From Rickettsiales bacterium (lineage in GTDB: Bacteria > Pseudomonadota > Alphaproteobacteria > UBA8366), in NCBI GenBank assembly GCA_038131165.1, contig JAYPOZ010000003.1, positions 26,678-90,677 on the forward strand: a stretch of DNA of 64,000 bases, in the 5' to 3' direction. Numbering within the stretch: the stretch's first letter is position 1; each line of letters begins with the position of its first letter. A program made the position numbers and the translations under genes. Shown in pieces: positions 18,162 through 32,566 of the stretch. Below the pieces are notes generated by a model. It was not told where the DNA came from and ran no database searches. It was given only the letters and a program-made list of their open reading frames with translations.

Positions 18162-18992
18162 ATGCCTGAATTACCTGAAGTCGAAACCGTTTGCCGCGGC
18201 CTGCGCCCCAAGATGGAGGGCCGCCGGCTCGTGACCGTGATTCAGCGCCGGCCGGATTTGCGCTTCCCGCTGCCGGCCGAGTTTTCCACCCGCCTGACGG
18301 GACGCGTCGTCGAGCGGATCGAGCGCCGGGCGAAATATATCCTGGCGCATCTGGACGACGGCTGGACCTTGATGGCGCATCTCGGCATGTCGGGGCGGAT
18401 GACGTTGATCGACGGGCCGCCACCCACGGCGGCCAAGCACGACCATATCGAGTTCCTGACCGACGAGGGCACGACGATCCGCTACAACGATGCCCGGCGC
18501 TTCGGCTTCATGGAGCTCATCGAAACATCGACGTTGGGTGCGCATCCCATGCTGCGCGACCTGGGGCCGGAACCCTTGTCGAATGCTTTCAACGCCGTCG
18601 CGTTGAGCGCAGCCCTGCACGGTCGCCGCAGTCCTATCAAGGCGGCGTTGCTGGATCAAAAGACTGTCGCCGGCCTCGGCAACATCTATGTCTGCGAAGC
18701 GCTGTTCCGGGCTGCGATCTCCCCAAAGCGCAGCGCCCATACGATCCCGGGCCGCCGCGCCGAACGCTTGGTGACGGCGATTCGCGATGTGCTGACCGCT
18801 GCCATTGCCGCCGGCGGGTCGTCTTTGCGTGATTACGTCCAGGCCGATGGGGAGCTCGGTTATTTTCAGCACAATTGGCGGGTTTACGGACACGAGGGTG
18901 ATCCCTGCGGCTACACCGGCTGCGAGGGGACGATCGGGCGCATCGTCCAATCGGGGCGCTCGACTTTCTATTGCGGAAAACATCAGAGATGA
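18162..18992 (+). CDS. mutM: Formamidopyrimidine-DNA glycosylase
   Basis: ORF 17574..18992; the real start is the ATG at 18162, giving the invariant MPELPEVE N-terminus. C-terminal zinc finger CxxC...CxxC (CGYTGC...YCGKHQ). Confidence 0.9.
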   Translation: MPELPEVETVCRGLRPKMEGRRLVTVIQRRPDLRFPLPAEFSTRLTGRVVERIERRAKYILAHLDDGWTLMAHLGMSGRMTLIDGPPPTAAKHDHIEFLTDEGTTIRYNDARRFGFMELIETSTLGAHPMLRDLGPEPLSNAFNAVALSAALHGRRSPIKAALLDQKTVAGLGNIYVCEALFRAAISPKRSAHTIPGRRAERLVTAIRDVLTAAIAAGGSSLRDYVQADGELGYFQHNWRVYGHEGDPCGYTGCEGTIGRIVQSGRSTFYCGKHQR

Positions 18993-19008
18993 TCAAAGTG
19001 CCGCCATC

Positions 19009-19368
19009 ATGTACCGCGTTGTCCTAATCTTACTTGTCGGCGTGTGGATCGCCGCCGGCGCCCGGGCGCAGGATTTCGTGCCGGGCTTCGAGGACGTACC
19101 GATCCTCGAAGGACTGACGGTCGTACCGGACGCGGGCCATGTGTTCGACTCGCCGGCAGGGCGCCTGGTTGAGAGCCATGCCAGCGGGCAGGTGACGGCG
19201 GACGAGGTTCGGGCGTTTTACCGCGAAACCTTGGCGGCGCTCGGTTGGCACGCTATCCGCGATGACACCTATGCGCGCAACGACGAAATCCTAACCATCG
19301 AGATTCAAGGTCCGGCCGCGGACAAGACCATCACGGTCGTGTTTCACCTGTCGCCGCACCGGCCCTGA
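19009..19368 (+). CDS. Small secreted hypothetical protein
   Basis: ORF 18805..19368 trimmed to ATG 19009 (MYRVVLILLVGVWIAAGARAQ signal peptide). 119 aa, no recognised motif. Confidence 0.55.
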   Translation: MYRVVLILLVGVWIAAGARAQDFVPGFEDVPILEGLTVVPDAGHVFDSPAGRLVESHASGQVTADEVRAFYRETLAALGWHAIRDDTYARNDEILTIEIQGPAADKTITVVFHLSPHRP

Positions 19369-19401
19369 TCGCAGGACTATTTTTAAGGGAGAGCCTTCGC
19401 A

Positions 19402-20178
19402 ATGGCCTATGAACACATTCTCGTCGAAACCCGTGGCCCGGTCGGGCTTATCACGCTGAACCGTCCGAAGGCGATGAATGCGCTTTGCGCAGATCTGGCC
19501 CGGGAGATCGCGGAGGCGGTCGACGCCTACGAAGCTGACGATGCGATCGGCGCCCTTGTCATCACCGGCTCCGAAAAAGCGTTTTGCGCCGGTGCCGATA
19601 TCAAGGAAATGGCGTCCAAGAACTACATGGACGTCTACAAGGAAGATTTCATCACCGTCAATTGGGAGCGCCTCGCGCAATGCCGCAAACCGGTCATTGC
19701 CGCCGTGGCGGGCTATGCGCTGGGCGGCGGTTGCGAGTTCGCGATGATGTGCGATTTCATACTCGCCGCCGATACCGCGAAATTCGGTCAGCCGGAGATC
19801 ACCATCGGCACCATTCCGGGCGCCGGGGGAACGCAACGGCTGACGCGGTTCGTCGGCAAGTCGAAAGCGATGGAGATGGTCATCACCGGCCGCATGATGG
19901 ATGCGGAAGAGGCTGAGCGGTCCGGCTTGGTGAGCCGGATCGTGCCGGCCGCGGAGCTGGTCGACGAAGCGGTCAAGACGGCGGAGAAGATCGCCAACCT
20001 GTCGCGCCCTGTGGTCATGCTGGCGAAAGAATCGGTCAACCGAGCGTACGAGACCACGCTGGCGGAGGGCGTTCGCTTCGAGCGCCGGGTGTTCCACTCG
20101 ACTTTTGCGACGGAAGACCAGAAGGAAGGCATGTCCGCATTCGCGGAGAAACGGAAAGCCGAATTCAAACATCGATAG
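19402..20178 (+). CDS. Enoyl-CoA hydratase (crotonase family)
   Basis: [62 protein letters not shown]. Confidence 0.9.
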   Translation: MAYEHILVETRGPVGLITLNRPKAMNALCADLAREIAEAVDAYEADDAIGALVITGSEKAFCAGADIKEMASKNYMDVYKEDFITVNWERLAQCRKPVIAAVAGYALGGGCEFAMMCDFILAADTAKFGQPEITIGTIPGAGGTQRLTRFVGKSKAMEMVITGRMMDAEEAERSGLVSRIVPAAELVDEAVKTAEKIANLSRPVVMLAKESVNRAYETTLAEGVRFERRVFHSTFATEDQKEGMSAFAEKRKAEFKHR

Positions 20179-20335
20179 GAATCCGGCCACGTCGATCACA
20201 ATACAGCCGCACAACCGCGGCTCGCGCATTCGGGGCGGGCGGAAACCGGGTTCTCCCACGGCTTTGGGCTTGACGCACGTCCCATGCGCCGTTACAACCC
20301 GCGCCACTCGATACATGTGACGAACGGAATTCGAA

Positions 20336-20596
20336 ATGGCAAATAGCCGAGCCGCCAAAAAACGTGTGCGCCAAAACGAGCGCCACAGCATTCGCAACCG
20401 CGCACGCCGAAGCCGTGTCCGCAGCTATCTTCGCAAAGTCGAAGAGGCGATTGCGAGCGGCGACAAGACCGCGGCCGAAGCCGCCTACCGGGAAGTGATG
20501 CCGGTGTTACACCGTAGTTCGCAAAAGGGTGCGTTCCATCGCAACACAATCGGACGGAAACTGTCGGGCTTGTCGCGACGGATCAACGCGCTCTAA
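20336..20596 (+). CDS. rpsT: 30S ribosomal protein S20
   Basis: [39 protein letters not shown]; 86 aa and basic. Confidence 0.95.
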   Translation: MANSRAAKKRVRQNERHSIRNRARRSRVRSYLRKVEEAIASGDKTAAEAAYREVMPVLHRSSQKGAFHRNTIGRKLSGLSRRINAL

Positions 20597-20625
20597 TTCT
20601 CGCCGCGAGAACTGAATTTGAGGAC

Positions 20626-20661
20626 GGCCGCCAGCCTATGCTTGGCGGCCTTTTTCGTTTT
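20626..20661 (+). terminator. Rho-independent terminator of rpsT
   Basis: GGCCGCCA (20626-20633) pairs with TGGCGGCC (20643-20650) around a 9-nt loop, followed by TTTTTCGTTTT. Confidence 0.75.
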
Positions 20662-21131
20662 ACCGGCGCACGCGTGGATTTAGCCGATTCGCTCCCGAGT
20701 CAATTCATTTATTTTTTGTGTTCTCCTTTCAGACCCGTTGCGGGTGCGTTTAAGCGCCGCTACAGTTTCAATCGTTGTTGCCGTCTGGGGAAACGCATTG
20801 CCAGGTTCACCTAAAGAACTGGTGAAATAAAAATCTGCAATACTGAAGAATTAAAGGCTGGAAGTACAGTTATAGAAATTAAAATCTACCGAATACTTGC
20901 CTGACCTTCGATTGAGTATTGGAGAATCCGCCCGCTTCTGGTCACGAGACGGGGCACTCGTGGCTGCAGCCGGGGCCGGAGAACGTACTCCCCTATTATT
21001 TCGCCTCCACCCTTTCGGGTATCGGCGGATAGTGAAGACGGGTTGGGGTTCCGGCCACGCAAGTGGCTGGGTTCAAACAGTGGCTCGTGTTGCGAACGCA
21101 AGCGGGTATAAACGTCGGGGTAACAGGCCGG

Positions 21132-22478
21132 ATGAGCGATAGACTATCGGCACAATGGGCGAGAATCAGGGGAAGATTGCGGGCGGAATACGGCGAATCG
21201 GCGTATCGCAGCTGGTTGAAGCCAATGACCTTCGTCGGTGTCGAGAGAGGTCGGGTTCGGATTTCCGTCCCGACCCGATTCATGCGCGATTGGATCGAGT
21301 CGCAGTACGCGGAGCGCTTGGTGAGCCTCTGGGCCCTCGAAGCGCGCGGCATCGACGGCATCGACGTTGTCGTGGCGGACGGTTCCATCGACGAAGACAG
21401 CGCCCTGCCGACACCCAGCCCGGCCGCCATTCGCGAAACCGAGTCCCGAAACAATATCAGCGCCCCGCTTGATCTCAGATTCACCTTCGAGAATTTCATC
21501 GTCGGCAAACCAAACGAACTTGCCTTTGCCGCCGCGCGCCGCGTCGCGGAAGCCGACATCGCGCCTTATAATCCGCTTTTCCTCTATGGCGGCGTCGGGC
21601 TCGGCAAGACCCATCTCATGCATGCGATCGCATGGCACATCCGCGAGACTCAGCCCGAGAAGCGGGTCATTTACCTGTCGGCCGAAAAATTCATGTATCA
21701 GTTCATCCGGGCCCTGCGTTTCCGGGATACCGTCGCCTTCAAGGAGCAGTTCCGTTCGGTCGATATCCTGATGATCGACGATGTTCAGTTCATCGCTGGA
21801 AAGGACAGCACACAGGAAGAATTCTTCCATACCTTCAATGCTCTGGTGGACCAGAATCGCCAGGTGGTTATTTCGGCGGACAAATCGCCGAACGATTTGG
21901 AGGGCATGGAAGAGCGCATGAAGTCGCGGCTTGGGTGGGGGCTGGTGGCGGATATCCACCCGACGACCTATGAGCTGCGCTACGGCATACTGCAGTCGAA
22001 GTCGGAAGATATGGGCGTCGAGATACCGCCCAAGATTCTGGAGTTTCTCGCCCACAAGATCACTTCGAACGTGCGCGAGCTGGAAGGCGCGCTCAACCGG
22101 ATCGTCGCCTATGCCAATCTGATCGGCAGAGCGATTACCTTGGAGACGACTCAGGACGTGCTGCAGGATGTTCTGCGGGCCAACGACCGCAAAGTGACGA
22201 TCGAGGAAATCCAGAAACGCGTCGCCGAGCATTTCAACATCCGCCTCTCGGAGATGTATTCGTCCCGGCGGGCGCGGGCGGTGGCGCGCCCACGGCAAAT
22301 CGCCATGTATCTCGCCAAACAGCTCACCGCGCGGTCCCTGCCTGAGATTGGCCGCAAGTTCGGCGGGCGCGACCACACGACGGTCATGCACGCGGTCAAG
22401 AAAGTCGAAGAATTGCGCTCGATCGATAACGGCTTTAGCGAGGATGTCGAGCTGCTGCGGCGCATGCTTGAGGTCTAG
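21132..22478 (+). CDS. dnaA: Chromosomal replication initiator DnaA
   Basis: ORF 21063..22478 trimmed to ATG 21132 (MSDRLSAQWARIRGRL). Walker A GGVGLGKTHLMHA. Sensor and box motifs LMIDDVQF, SNVRELEGAL. C-terminal DNA-binding GGRDHTTVMHA. Confidence 0.95.
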   Translation: MSDRLSAQWARIRGRLRAEYGESAYRSWLKPMTFVGVERGRVRISVPTRFMRDWIESQYAERLVSLWALEARGIDGIDVVVADGSIDEDSALPTPSPAAIRETESRNNISAPLDLRFTFENFIVGKPNELAFAAARRVAEADIAPYNPLFLYGGVGLGKTHLMHAIAWHIRETQPEKRVIYLSAEKFMYQFIRALRFRDTVAFKEQFRSVDILMIDDVQFIAGKDSTQEEFFHTFNALVDQNRQVVISADKSPNDLEGMEERMKSRLGWGLVADIHPTTYELRYGILQSKSEDMGVEIPPKILEFLAHKITSNVRELEGALNRIVAYANLIGRAITLETTQDVLQDVLRANDRKVTIEEIQKRVAEHFNIRLSEMYSSRRARAVARPRQIAMYLAKQLTARSLPEIGRKFGGRDHTTVMHAVKKVEELRSIDNGFSEDVELLRRMLEV

Positions 22479-22693
22479 TGCCAACAGCGTGAAATCGCCA
22501 CGCGGCGAGAAAATATTTCGGCCAATTTATCCGGGTCCTACCCCCTAAATATGTCGCAGATAGTGGCGACTCATGCTATAAATTGTGTCTTGTTCCCCTT
22601 AATGGCCTATTATGGCACTCGGGCACGCCACACGATTAGGCACCTGGACTAAAAGGCCCATGTTAACATTTCGAATGGCATAAAAAGACAACC

Positions 22694-23812
22694 ATGAAAC
22701 TCACCATCGAACGAGCAGCGCTCTTCCGGTCCCTCGGTCACGTACAAAGCATTGTCGAACGTCGCAATACGATCCCGATTCTATCGAACGTGTTGCTCAG
22801 CTCGGATAGCGGCCGTCTGGGCCTCACCGCCACGGATATGGACATCGCCATCGTCGAAGCCGTGGATGCGGCCATCGAGACGCCGGGGTCTACAACGGCG
22901 CCCGCCCATACCCTCTACGACATCGTGCGCAAGCTTCCGGACGGCGCGCAGATCGAATTGGATACCGGCGGCAGCGACGGGCAAATGACTCTGCGGGCAG
23001 GCCGCTCGGAATTCAGTTTGCAGACCTTGCCGACGGAAGATTTCCCGCAGACCGGCGGCGGTGAATTGCCGCATCAGTTCGTCCTGCCAGCTGCCGCCTT
23101 GCGCGGCTTGATCGACCGCACCCGTTTCGCCATTTCGACCGAAGAGACCCGCTATTACCTGAATGGCATTTTCATGCACACGACTTCGGCCGACGGGGGC
23201 GATGTTATGCGTACGGTCGCCACGGACGGACACCGGTTGGCGCGTGTCGAAATGCCAGTCCCCGAAGGAGCCGCCGGCATGCCGGGCATTATTATCCCGC
23301 GCAAAACCGTGAACGAACTGCGGAAATTGATCGACGAAATCTCGGACGACATCAACATTTCGCTGTCCGACACCAGCGTGCGGTTCTCGTTCGGGAACGC
23401 AGTGCTGACCTCGAAGCTGATCGACGGCACCTTCCCGGATTACGAACGGGTGATACCGACTGGAAACGACAAATCGCTCAATGTGGACTGCCGCAGCTTC
23501 GCCGAAGCAGTCGACCGTGTGGCGACCATCTCGACGGAAAAATCCCGGGCGGTCAAACTTTCGGCCTCGAACAACAATCTCGTGCTGACCGCTTCGAGTC
23601 CGGACAGCGGCACGGCGCGCGAAGAGATCGAGGTCGACTACGACAACGCGGCCATCGAAATCGGATTCAATGCCCGCTATCTACTGGATATCGCGCAACA
23701 GATCGAAGGAGGCGAGGCGGAATTCATGGTCGCCGACGCCGCGTCGCCGACGATCGTGCGCGACAGCGGCGACAAGAGCGCGCTGTATGTCCTAATGCCC
23801 ATGCGGGTCTAG
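22694..23812 (+). CDS. dnaN: DNA polymerase III beta sliding clamp
   Basis: MKLTIERAALFRSLGHVQSIVERRNTIPILSNVLL; 372 aa; position downstream of dnaA. Confidence 0.95.
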   Translation: MKLTIERAALFRSLGHVQSIVERRNTIPILSNVLLSSDSGRLGLTATDMDIAIVEAVDAAIETPGSTTAPAHTLYDIVRKLPDGAQIELDTGGSDGQMTLRAGRSEFSLQTLPTEDFPQTGGGELPHQFVLPAAALRGLIDRTRFAISTEETRYYLNGIFMHTTSADGGDVMRTVATDGHRLARVEMPVPEGAAGMPGIIIPRKTVNELRKLIDEISDDINISLSDTSVRFSFGNAVLTSKLIDGTFPDYERVIPTGNDKSLNVDCRSFAEAVDRVATISTEKSRAVKLSASNNNLVLTASSPDSGTAREEIEVDYDNAAIEIGFNARYLLDIAQQIEGGEAEFMVADAASPTIVRDSGDKSALYVLMPMRV

Positions 23813-23880
23813 GAGGCGGTATTCTGGCCAACGCAACATCGCTGGCGGCGGCGGCATCGGTTTCCCTTGCCGTCACCCGG

Positions 23881-27430
<3,550 letters not shown>

Positions 27431-27525
27431 TTAGGGCGGCGGGCCGGCATTGTCATAATGCCCAAGCTGCGATAAACGTACCCTGCTCTTTATAAGATTC
27501 AGGGTTGGCGAAGTAGGATGCGAGC

Positions 27526-28047
27526 GTGACATTTGAACAAAAAGACCATTATTCCTTCGAGGAACTTCTCGAATGTGGTCACGGTCGCCTTTTCGGCGAG
27601 GGCAATGCGCAGCTACCCCTGCCTCCGTTTCTCATGCTGGACCGCATTACCAACATCGCCTCCGAAGGCGGCCTGCACGGCAAAGGCGAGATTACGGCGG
27701 AAATGGACATCAAGCCCGATCTGTGGTTTTTCAAATGCCATTTCGAAAACGATCCGGTCATGCCGGGATGCCTGGGCCTCGACGCCATGTGGCAGCTCGT
27801 CGGCTTCTTTCTGGGATGGCTCGGCGGCCTCGGCCGCGGGCGCGCGATCAGCGTCGGAGAAGTAAAGTTCTCGGGGCAGGTTCTCGATACCGCGAAGAAG
27901 CTGACCTATCAAATCAATATGAAGCGCGTGATCATGCGCAAGCTGGTCATGGGCATCGCCGACGGCGTGATGAAAGTCGACGGCCAGCCGATTTACGAAG
28001 CGAAAGACATTCGGGTCGGTCTCTTCACTCCCAGCCAACAATCTTGA
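27526..28047 (+). CDS. fabA: 3-hydroxydecanoyl-ACP dehydratase/isomerase FabA
   Basis: GTG start. [36 protein letters not shown]. Confidence 0.9.
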   Translation: MTFEQKDHYSFEELLECGHGRLFGEGNAQLPLPPFLMLDRITNIASEGGLHGKGEITAEMDIKPDLWFFKCHFENDPVMPGCLGLDAMWQLVGFFLGWLGGLGRGRAISVGEVKFSGQVLDTAKKLTYQINMKRVIMRKLVMGIADGVMKVDGQPIYEAKDIRVGLFTPSQQS

Positions 28048-28057
28048 TGGTGCCAAC

Positions 28058-29269
28058 ATGCGACGAGTAGTCGTCACCGGACTCGGGATCGTTTCCTGCA
28101 TTGGAAACAACAAGGCCGAGGTCCTCGATTCACTGAAAACCGGTCGTTCGGGGATCGAGCATTGCGAAAAATATGCGGAACTGGGCTTCCGCAGTCATGT
28201 CCACGGTTCCATTAAACTGGACATAGAGGAAGTCCTGGACCGTAAGACCAGGCGGTTTATGGGCGACGGCGCGGCATATAACTATATCGCCATGCAGGAA
28301 GCCATCGCCGACTCGGGTTTGGAAGAGAGCGATATCTCGAACGAACGTACGGGCATCATCATGGGCTCCGGCGGTCCGTCGACGAAGAACCTGCTCTGGT
28401 CCTTCGATACCTTGCGCGAAAAATCCGCAAAACGCGTCGGCCCGTATATGGTGCCGCGGACCATGTCGAGCACGAATTCAGCGACTCTCGCAACGCCGTT
28501 CCAGATCAAGGGCGTCAACTACTCGATCACGTCCGCTTGCGCCACAAGTACCCACTGCATCGGCAATGCCTCCGAGCTGATTCAATTTGGCAAGCAGGAT
28601 ATCGTTTTCGCGGGCGGCGGCGAAGAGCTGGATTGGACGATGACATTGCTGTTCGATGCCATGCCGGCCCTGTCTTCGAAATACAACGACACGCCGACCA
28701 CGGCCAGCCGGCCTTACGACGCCAATCGCGATGGTTTCGTCATTGCGGGCGGTGGCGGTGTCGTGGTCTTGGAAGAATTGGAGCACGCGCGGGCGCGCGG
28801 GGCGAAAATTTACGCCGAAGTCGTCGGCTTCGCGGCGACGTCAGACGGACACGACATGGTCCAGCCCTCCTCCGAAGGGGCGGTGCGCTGCATGCGGCTG
28901 GCGCTTTCGGGCATGAACGATCCGGTCGCCTACATCAATTCGCACGGCACCAGCACGCCAGTCGGCGATATCAGCGAGCTCAGGGCGATTCGCGAGGTCT
29001 TCGGCGACGACGTGCCGAAGATCAGCTCGACCAAATCGCTCACGGGGCATTCGCTCGGCGCGACAGGCGTACATGAGGCGATCTACTCGATCCTGATGAT
29101 GGAGAATCGATTCATTGCGGCCTCCGCCAATATCGAGGAACTGGACCCCGAAGCGGCGCCCTTCCCGATCGTGCAGGAGCGCGAAGACGACGTGGACCTC
29201 GATGTGGTCGTCTCGAACAGCTTTGGCTTCGGCGGGACCAACGGAACGCTCGTATTTCGCCGTTTCTAG
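28058..29269 (+). CDS. fabB: Beta-ketoacyl-ACP synthase I
   Basis: [17 protein letters not shown], active-site [20 protein letters not shown]. Immediately follows fabA. Confidence 0.9.
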   Translation: MRRVVVTGLGIVSCIGNNKAEVLDSLKTGRSGIEHCEKYAELGFRSHVHGSIKLDIEEVLDRKTRRFMGDGAAYNYIAMQEAIADSGLEESDISNERTGIIMGSGGPSTKNLLWSFDTLREKSAKRVGPYMVPRTMSSTNSATLATPFQIKGVNYSITSACATSTHCIGNASELIQFGKQDIVFAGGGEELDWTMTLLFDAMPALSSKYNDTPTTASRPYDANRDGFVIAGGGGVVVLEELEHARARGAKIYAEVVGFAATSDGHDMVQPSSEGAVRCMRLALSGMNDPVAYINSHGTSTPVGDISELRAIREVFGDDVPKISSTKSLTGHSLGATGVHEAIYSILMMENRFIAASANIEELDPEAAPFPIVQEREDDVDLDVVVSNSFGFGGTNGTLVFRRF

Positions 29270-29368
29270 CCTTCATTCCCCATTTAGGCGCCGACAGTAA
29301 CGGCGGAAAAACCAGTGCCAGATAAACCTTCAACGCTTTCCGTCCCGCCTCGCACTGCCGCTCCACTC

Positions 29369-30142
29369 ATGGCCGGCAAACGGGGTCTGATCATGGGCGT
29401 GGCGAACGACCATTCGATCGCTTGGGCCATTGCGGAGCATCTGCATCGCCACGGCGCGGAACTCGCCTTTACCTATCAAGGGGAAGCGCTGGGCCGGCGC
29501 GTGCAGCCTTTGGCCGAATCGGTCGGCTCTTCCATCGTGGTACCCTGCGACGTATCGGAAGCCGGCAGCATCAACGCGGCGTTCGACAGTGTCGCCCAAG
29601 CTTGGCCAAGCATCGATTTCGTCGTCCATGCCATCGCCTATTCCGACAAGGAAGAGCTCAAGGGCAACTACATCGATACCTCGCGCGAGAACTTCCTGCA
29701 CACGCTCGACGTCTCCTGCTATTCCTTTACCGCCATCGCGCAGCGGGCGGCTCAGTCGATGTCCGACGGGGGCAGCCTGCTGACCCTGACCTATGACGGC
29801 TCGCAGCGGGTTATGCCCAACTACAATGTAATGGGTGTCGCCAAGGCCGCTTTGGAAACCAGCGTCCGCTATCTCGCGACCGATCTCGGCGGGCGCGGCA
29901 TTCGCGTCAATGCGATTTCCGCGGGGCCGATGCGGACCTTGGCCGGCTCCGCGATCGGGAGCGCGCGCTTTGTCTTTAAATGGCAAGGCGAGAATGCCCC
30001 GCTGCGCCGCAACGTCACCCTGAAGGATGTCGGCGGCGCCGGTGTTTATCTGCTGTCGGATCTCTCCACTGCGGTCACCGGAGAAGTCCTCTACGTCGAC
30101 TGCGGCTACAACGCCGTGGGCATGGCCGCGACCCCGATCTGA
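29369..30142 (+). CDS. fabI: Enoyl-ACP reductase (NADH) FabI
   Basis: ORF starts at GTG 29315. The internal ATG at 29369 gives the canonical MAGKRGLIMGVANDHSIAW N-terminus. YNVMGVAKAALE carries the catalytic Tyr/Lys. Confidence 0.85.
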   Translation: MAGKRGLIMGVANDHSIAWAIAEHLHRHGAELAFTYQGEALGRRVQPLAESVGSSIVVPCDVSEAGSINAAFDSVAQAWPSIDFVVHAIAYSDKEELKGNYIDTSRENFLHTLDVSCYSFTAIAQRAAQSMSDGGSLLTLTYDGSQRVMPNYNVMGVAKAALETSVRYLATDLGGRGIRVNAISAGPMRTLAGSAIGSARFVFKWQGENAPLRRNVTLKDVGGAGVYLLSDLSTAVTGEVLYVDCGYNAVGMAATPI

Positions 30143-30169
30143 TATTTCTTTTTTTGCGTCGACGACCGG

Positions 30170-30210
30170 GAAAAAATAACGCGGCGGGATTTCTCCCGCC
30201 GCGTTTTCTT
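30170..30210. terminator. Bidirectional rho-independent terminator between convergent fabI and pnp
   Basis: AACGCGGCGGGA (30178-30189), loop TTTC, TCCCGCCGCGTT (30194-30205). This is a 12-bp perfect stem flanked by AAAAAATAA upstream and TTTTCTT downstream. Confidence 0.85.
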
Positions 30211-30236
30211 GTGGCCGCTCGATATTTTCGGCGGTC

Positions 30237-32423
30237 TTAGTCTTCAGCACGCGCCCGGCCGCGACGCGGCCTATCGCCGCCTCTATCAGGCCGGTTACCG
30301 CCGCGGGGCGCCCGCGGTTCGACCGCGATCTCCTCTCCGGTTTCCTGATTGACGGCCCGCATCGACAGTTTCACCTTGCCACGGTCGTCCAAGCCAATGA
30401 CCTTAACCTTGACTTCGTCGCCAAGTGTGACGACGTCGCCCACTTCGCCGACGCGCTCTTCCGCCAGCTCGGAGATATGGACGAGACCATCCTTACTGCC
30501 GAGGAAGTTCACGAACGCGCCGAAGTCCATGATCTTGACGACCTTGCCGTTATAGATCTTGCCGACTTCCGGCTCCGCAACGATGCTGTTGATCCAGTCG
30601 ATCGCCCGCTGTCCCGCTTCGCCATCAACCGCCGCAACCTTGATCGTACCGTCGTCCTCGATATCGACCTTGGCGCCCGTGACTTCGCAGATCTCACGGA
30701 TGACCTTGCCGCCAGTGCCGATCACTTCGCGAATCTTGTCGCGCGGAATCGACATCGTCGTGATGCGGGGAGCATTGTCCGAGACGGTCTCGCGCGCCGC
30801 GTTGATGGCTGCTTCCATCTCGCCGAGGATGTGGATACGGCCATCCCGGGCCTGACCCAGGGCGATCCGCATGATTTCTTCAGTAATCGAGGTGATTTTG
30901 ATGTCCATCTGCAGGGACGTCACTCCGCTCGCGGTACCGGCCACCTTGAAGTCCATGTCGCCGAGATGATCCTCGTCACCGAGAATATCGGAGAGAACCG
31001 CAAAGTCGTCCGCTTCCTTAATCAAACCCATCGCGATTCCCGCGACCGGACTGCTGAGCGGCACGCCGGCATCCATCATCGACATCGATGATCCGCAGAC
31101 CGTCGCCATCGATGACGATCCGTTCGATTCCGTGACCTCCGAGACCACCCGCATCGTATAGGGGAAGTCTTCCTTGCTCGGCAGAAGCGGCCGTACGGCA
31201 CGCCATGCCAGCTTGCCGTGACCGATCTCGCGGCGTCCGGGCGACCGCAGGAACGACGCTTCACCGACCGAGTACGGCGGGAAGTTATAGTGCAGCAGGA
31301 AGCTTTCCCGGTATTCCCCTTCGAGCGCATCGATAATCTGCTCGTCCTGGCCGGTTCCGAGCGTCGTGACCACCAACGCCTGGGTCTCACCGCGCGTAAA
31401 CAGCGCGGAGCCATGGGCGCGCGGCAAAATACCGACTTCGCAGTTGATGTTTCGGACGGTCTTGGTGTCGCGCCCATCGATCCGCTGGCCGGTCTTGATG
31501 ATGCTGCCACGCACGATGTCCTTCTCGACTTTCTTGAAAACGGCGGCGCCGATTTCAACGTCGAGCTCTTCCGCCGCAAGCGTATCCATGACGGTCTTAC
31601 GGGCGGCGTTCAAGGCTTCCACCCGGTCTTGCTTGACCGTGATCTGGTAAGCGGCGGTCAAGGGCTCGGTCGCCAGTTCCTTCACACGGGCCGCAACAGT
31701 TTCGTATTGTTCCGGAGGCTCGGGGATATCCCAGGGCTCTTTCGCACAGCTTTCGGCAAGCTCGATGATCAGGTCGATGATCGCCTGGCTCTGCTGGTGG
31801 CCGAAAGTCACCGCCTTCAGCATTGTGTCTTCGTCGAGTTCTTTCGCTTCCGACTCGACCATCAATACGCCTTCGCGCGTCCCGGCGACGATCAAATCGA
31901 GCGAAGAGCTCGGCAACTCGTCCTGTTGCGGGTTGAGCACGAACTCGCCATCGATATAGCCGACCCGGCAACCACCGATCGGCCCCATGAAAGGCACGCC
32001 GGAAATCGTCAGCGCAGCGGACGCACCGATCAGAGACACAATGTCGGGATCGTTCTCCAAATCGTGCGCTAGCACGGTGCAAATGACCTGGGTCTCGTTC
32101 CGAAAGCCGTCCGGAAAAAGCGGCCGGATGGGCCGATCGATCAAGCGCGACGTGAGCGTTTCCTTTTCAGACGGGCGCCCTTCGCGCTTGAAGAAACCGC
32201 CCGGAATTTTCCCGGCGGCAAAGGTTTTCTCTTGGTAGTTCACCGTAAGGGGGAAGAAATCCTGGCCTGGCCGCACCGACCGATTGGCCACCGCAGTGCA
32301 CAGCACTTGCGTGCCGCCGTAGGTGACGAGAACCGCACCGTCCGCCTGACGGGCAATCTTGCCCGTCTCCAAAATAAGCGGGCGTCCGCCCCAGTTGATT
32401 TCCTTACGTGTAATATTAAACAT
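30237..32423 (-). CDS. pnp: Polyribonucleotide nucleotidyltransferase (PNPase)
   Basis: 728 aa. Two RNase PH domains, a KH domain and an S1 domain ([15 protein letters not shown]), with an Arg/Gly-rich tail. Confidence 0.97.
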   Translation of the reverse strand: MFNITRKEINWGGRPLILETGKIARQADGAVLVTYGGTQVLCTAVANRSVRPGQDFFPLTVNYQEKTFAAGKIPGGFFKREGRPSEKETLTSRLIDRPIRPLFPDGFRNETQVICTVLAHDLENDPDIVSLIGASAALTISGVPFMGPIGGCRVGYIDGEFVLNPQQDELPSSSLDLIVAGTREGVLMVESEAKELDEDTMLKAVTFGHQQSQAIIDLIIELAESCAKEPWDIPEPPEQYETVAARVKELATEPLTAAYQITVKQDRVEALNAARKTVMDTLAAEELDVEIGAAVFKKVEKDIVRGSIIKTGQRIDGRDTKTVRNINCEVGILPRAHGSALFTRGETQALVVTTLGTGQDEQIIDALEGEYRESFLLHYNFPPYSVGEASFLRSPGRREIGHGKLAWRAVRPLLPSKEDFPYTMRVVSEVTESNGSSSMATVCGSSMSMMDAGVPLSSPVAGIAMGLIKEADDFAVLSDILGDEDHLGDMDFKVAGTASGVTSLQMDIKITSITEEIMRIALGQARDGRIHILGEMEAAINAARETVSDNAPRITTMSIPRDKIREVIGTGGKVIREICEVTGAKVDIEDDGTIKVAAVDGEAGQRAIDWINSIVAEPEVGKIYNGKVVKIMDFGAFVNFLGSKDGLVHISELAEERVGEVGDVVTLGDEVKVKVIGLDDRGKVKLSMRAVNQETGEEIAVEPRAPRGGNRPDRGGDRPRRGRARAED

Positions 32424-32475
32424 CCATCATTCCTTCAGAATCGCCAATGCGGGTCCGCACCCGAATCGACTGTTG

Positions 32476-32497
32476 GCGGCCGGGCCATCCCGGCCGC
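32476..32497 (-). other. GC-rich stem-loop in the pnp 5' leader
   Basis: GCGGCCGGG-(4 nt)-CCCGGCCGC: a perfect 9-bp stem about 50 nt upstream of the pnp ATG, with no U-tract. Confidence 0.5.
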
Positions 32498-32540
32498 GCT
32501 TCATTCATTCGTCTCTCGATCGCTCATTGATCGCATTCCA

Positions 32541-32566
32541 AACGAAAAGGGCCCGGCGGTTCGGGC
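32541..32566 (-). terminator. Probable rpsO terminator
   Basis: The minus strand reads GCCCG-AACCGC-CGGGC followed by CCUUUUCGUUU. Confidence 0.5.

Noticed and set aside
21144-22484. 446-aa ORF on the minus strand covering the whole of dnaA
   Set aside because: It is a shadow ORF typical of high-GC DNA. The translation is Arg/Pro/Gly/Ala-rich with no motifs, whereas the plus-strand frame carries unmistakable DnaA motifs.
22479-22693. dnaA-dnaN spacer (215 bp, AT-rich) as a possible Bacillus-type split oriC
   Set aside because: The best DnaA-box-like 9-mers reach only 5-6 of 9 matches (TTATCCGGG, ATCGCCACG, CACGCCACA), and there are no clustered boxes or obvious 13-mer DUE repeats. It is more simply the dnaN promoter region. 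It should still be included in any whole-replicon origin scan.
27431-27525. GGCATT-GTCAT-AATGCC hairpin after gyrB as a terminator
   Set aside because: It is a short 6-bp stem with no following T-run. That is insufficient to call.
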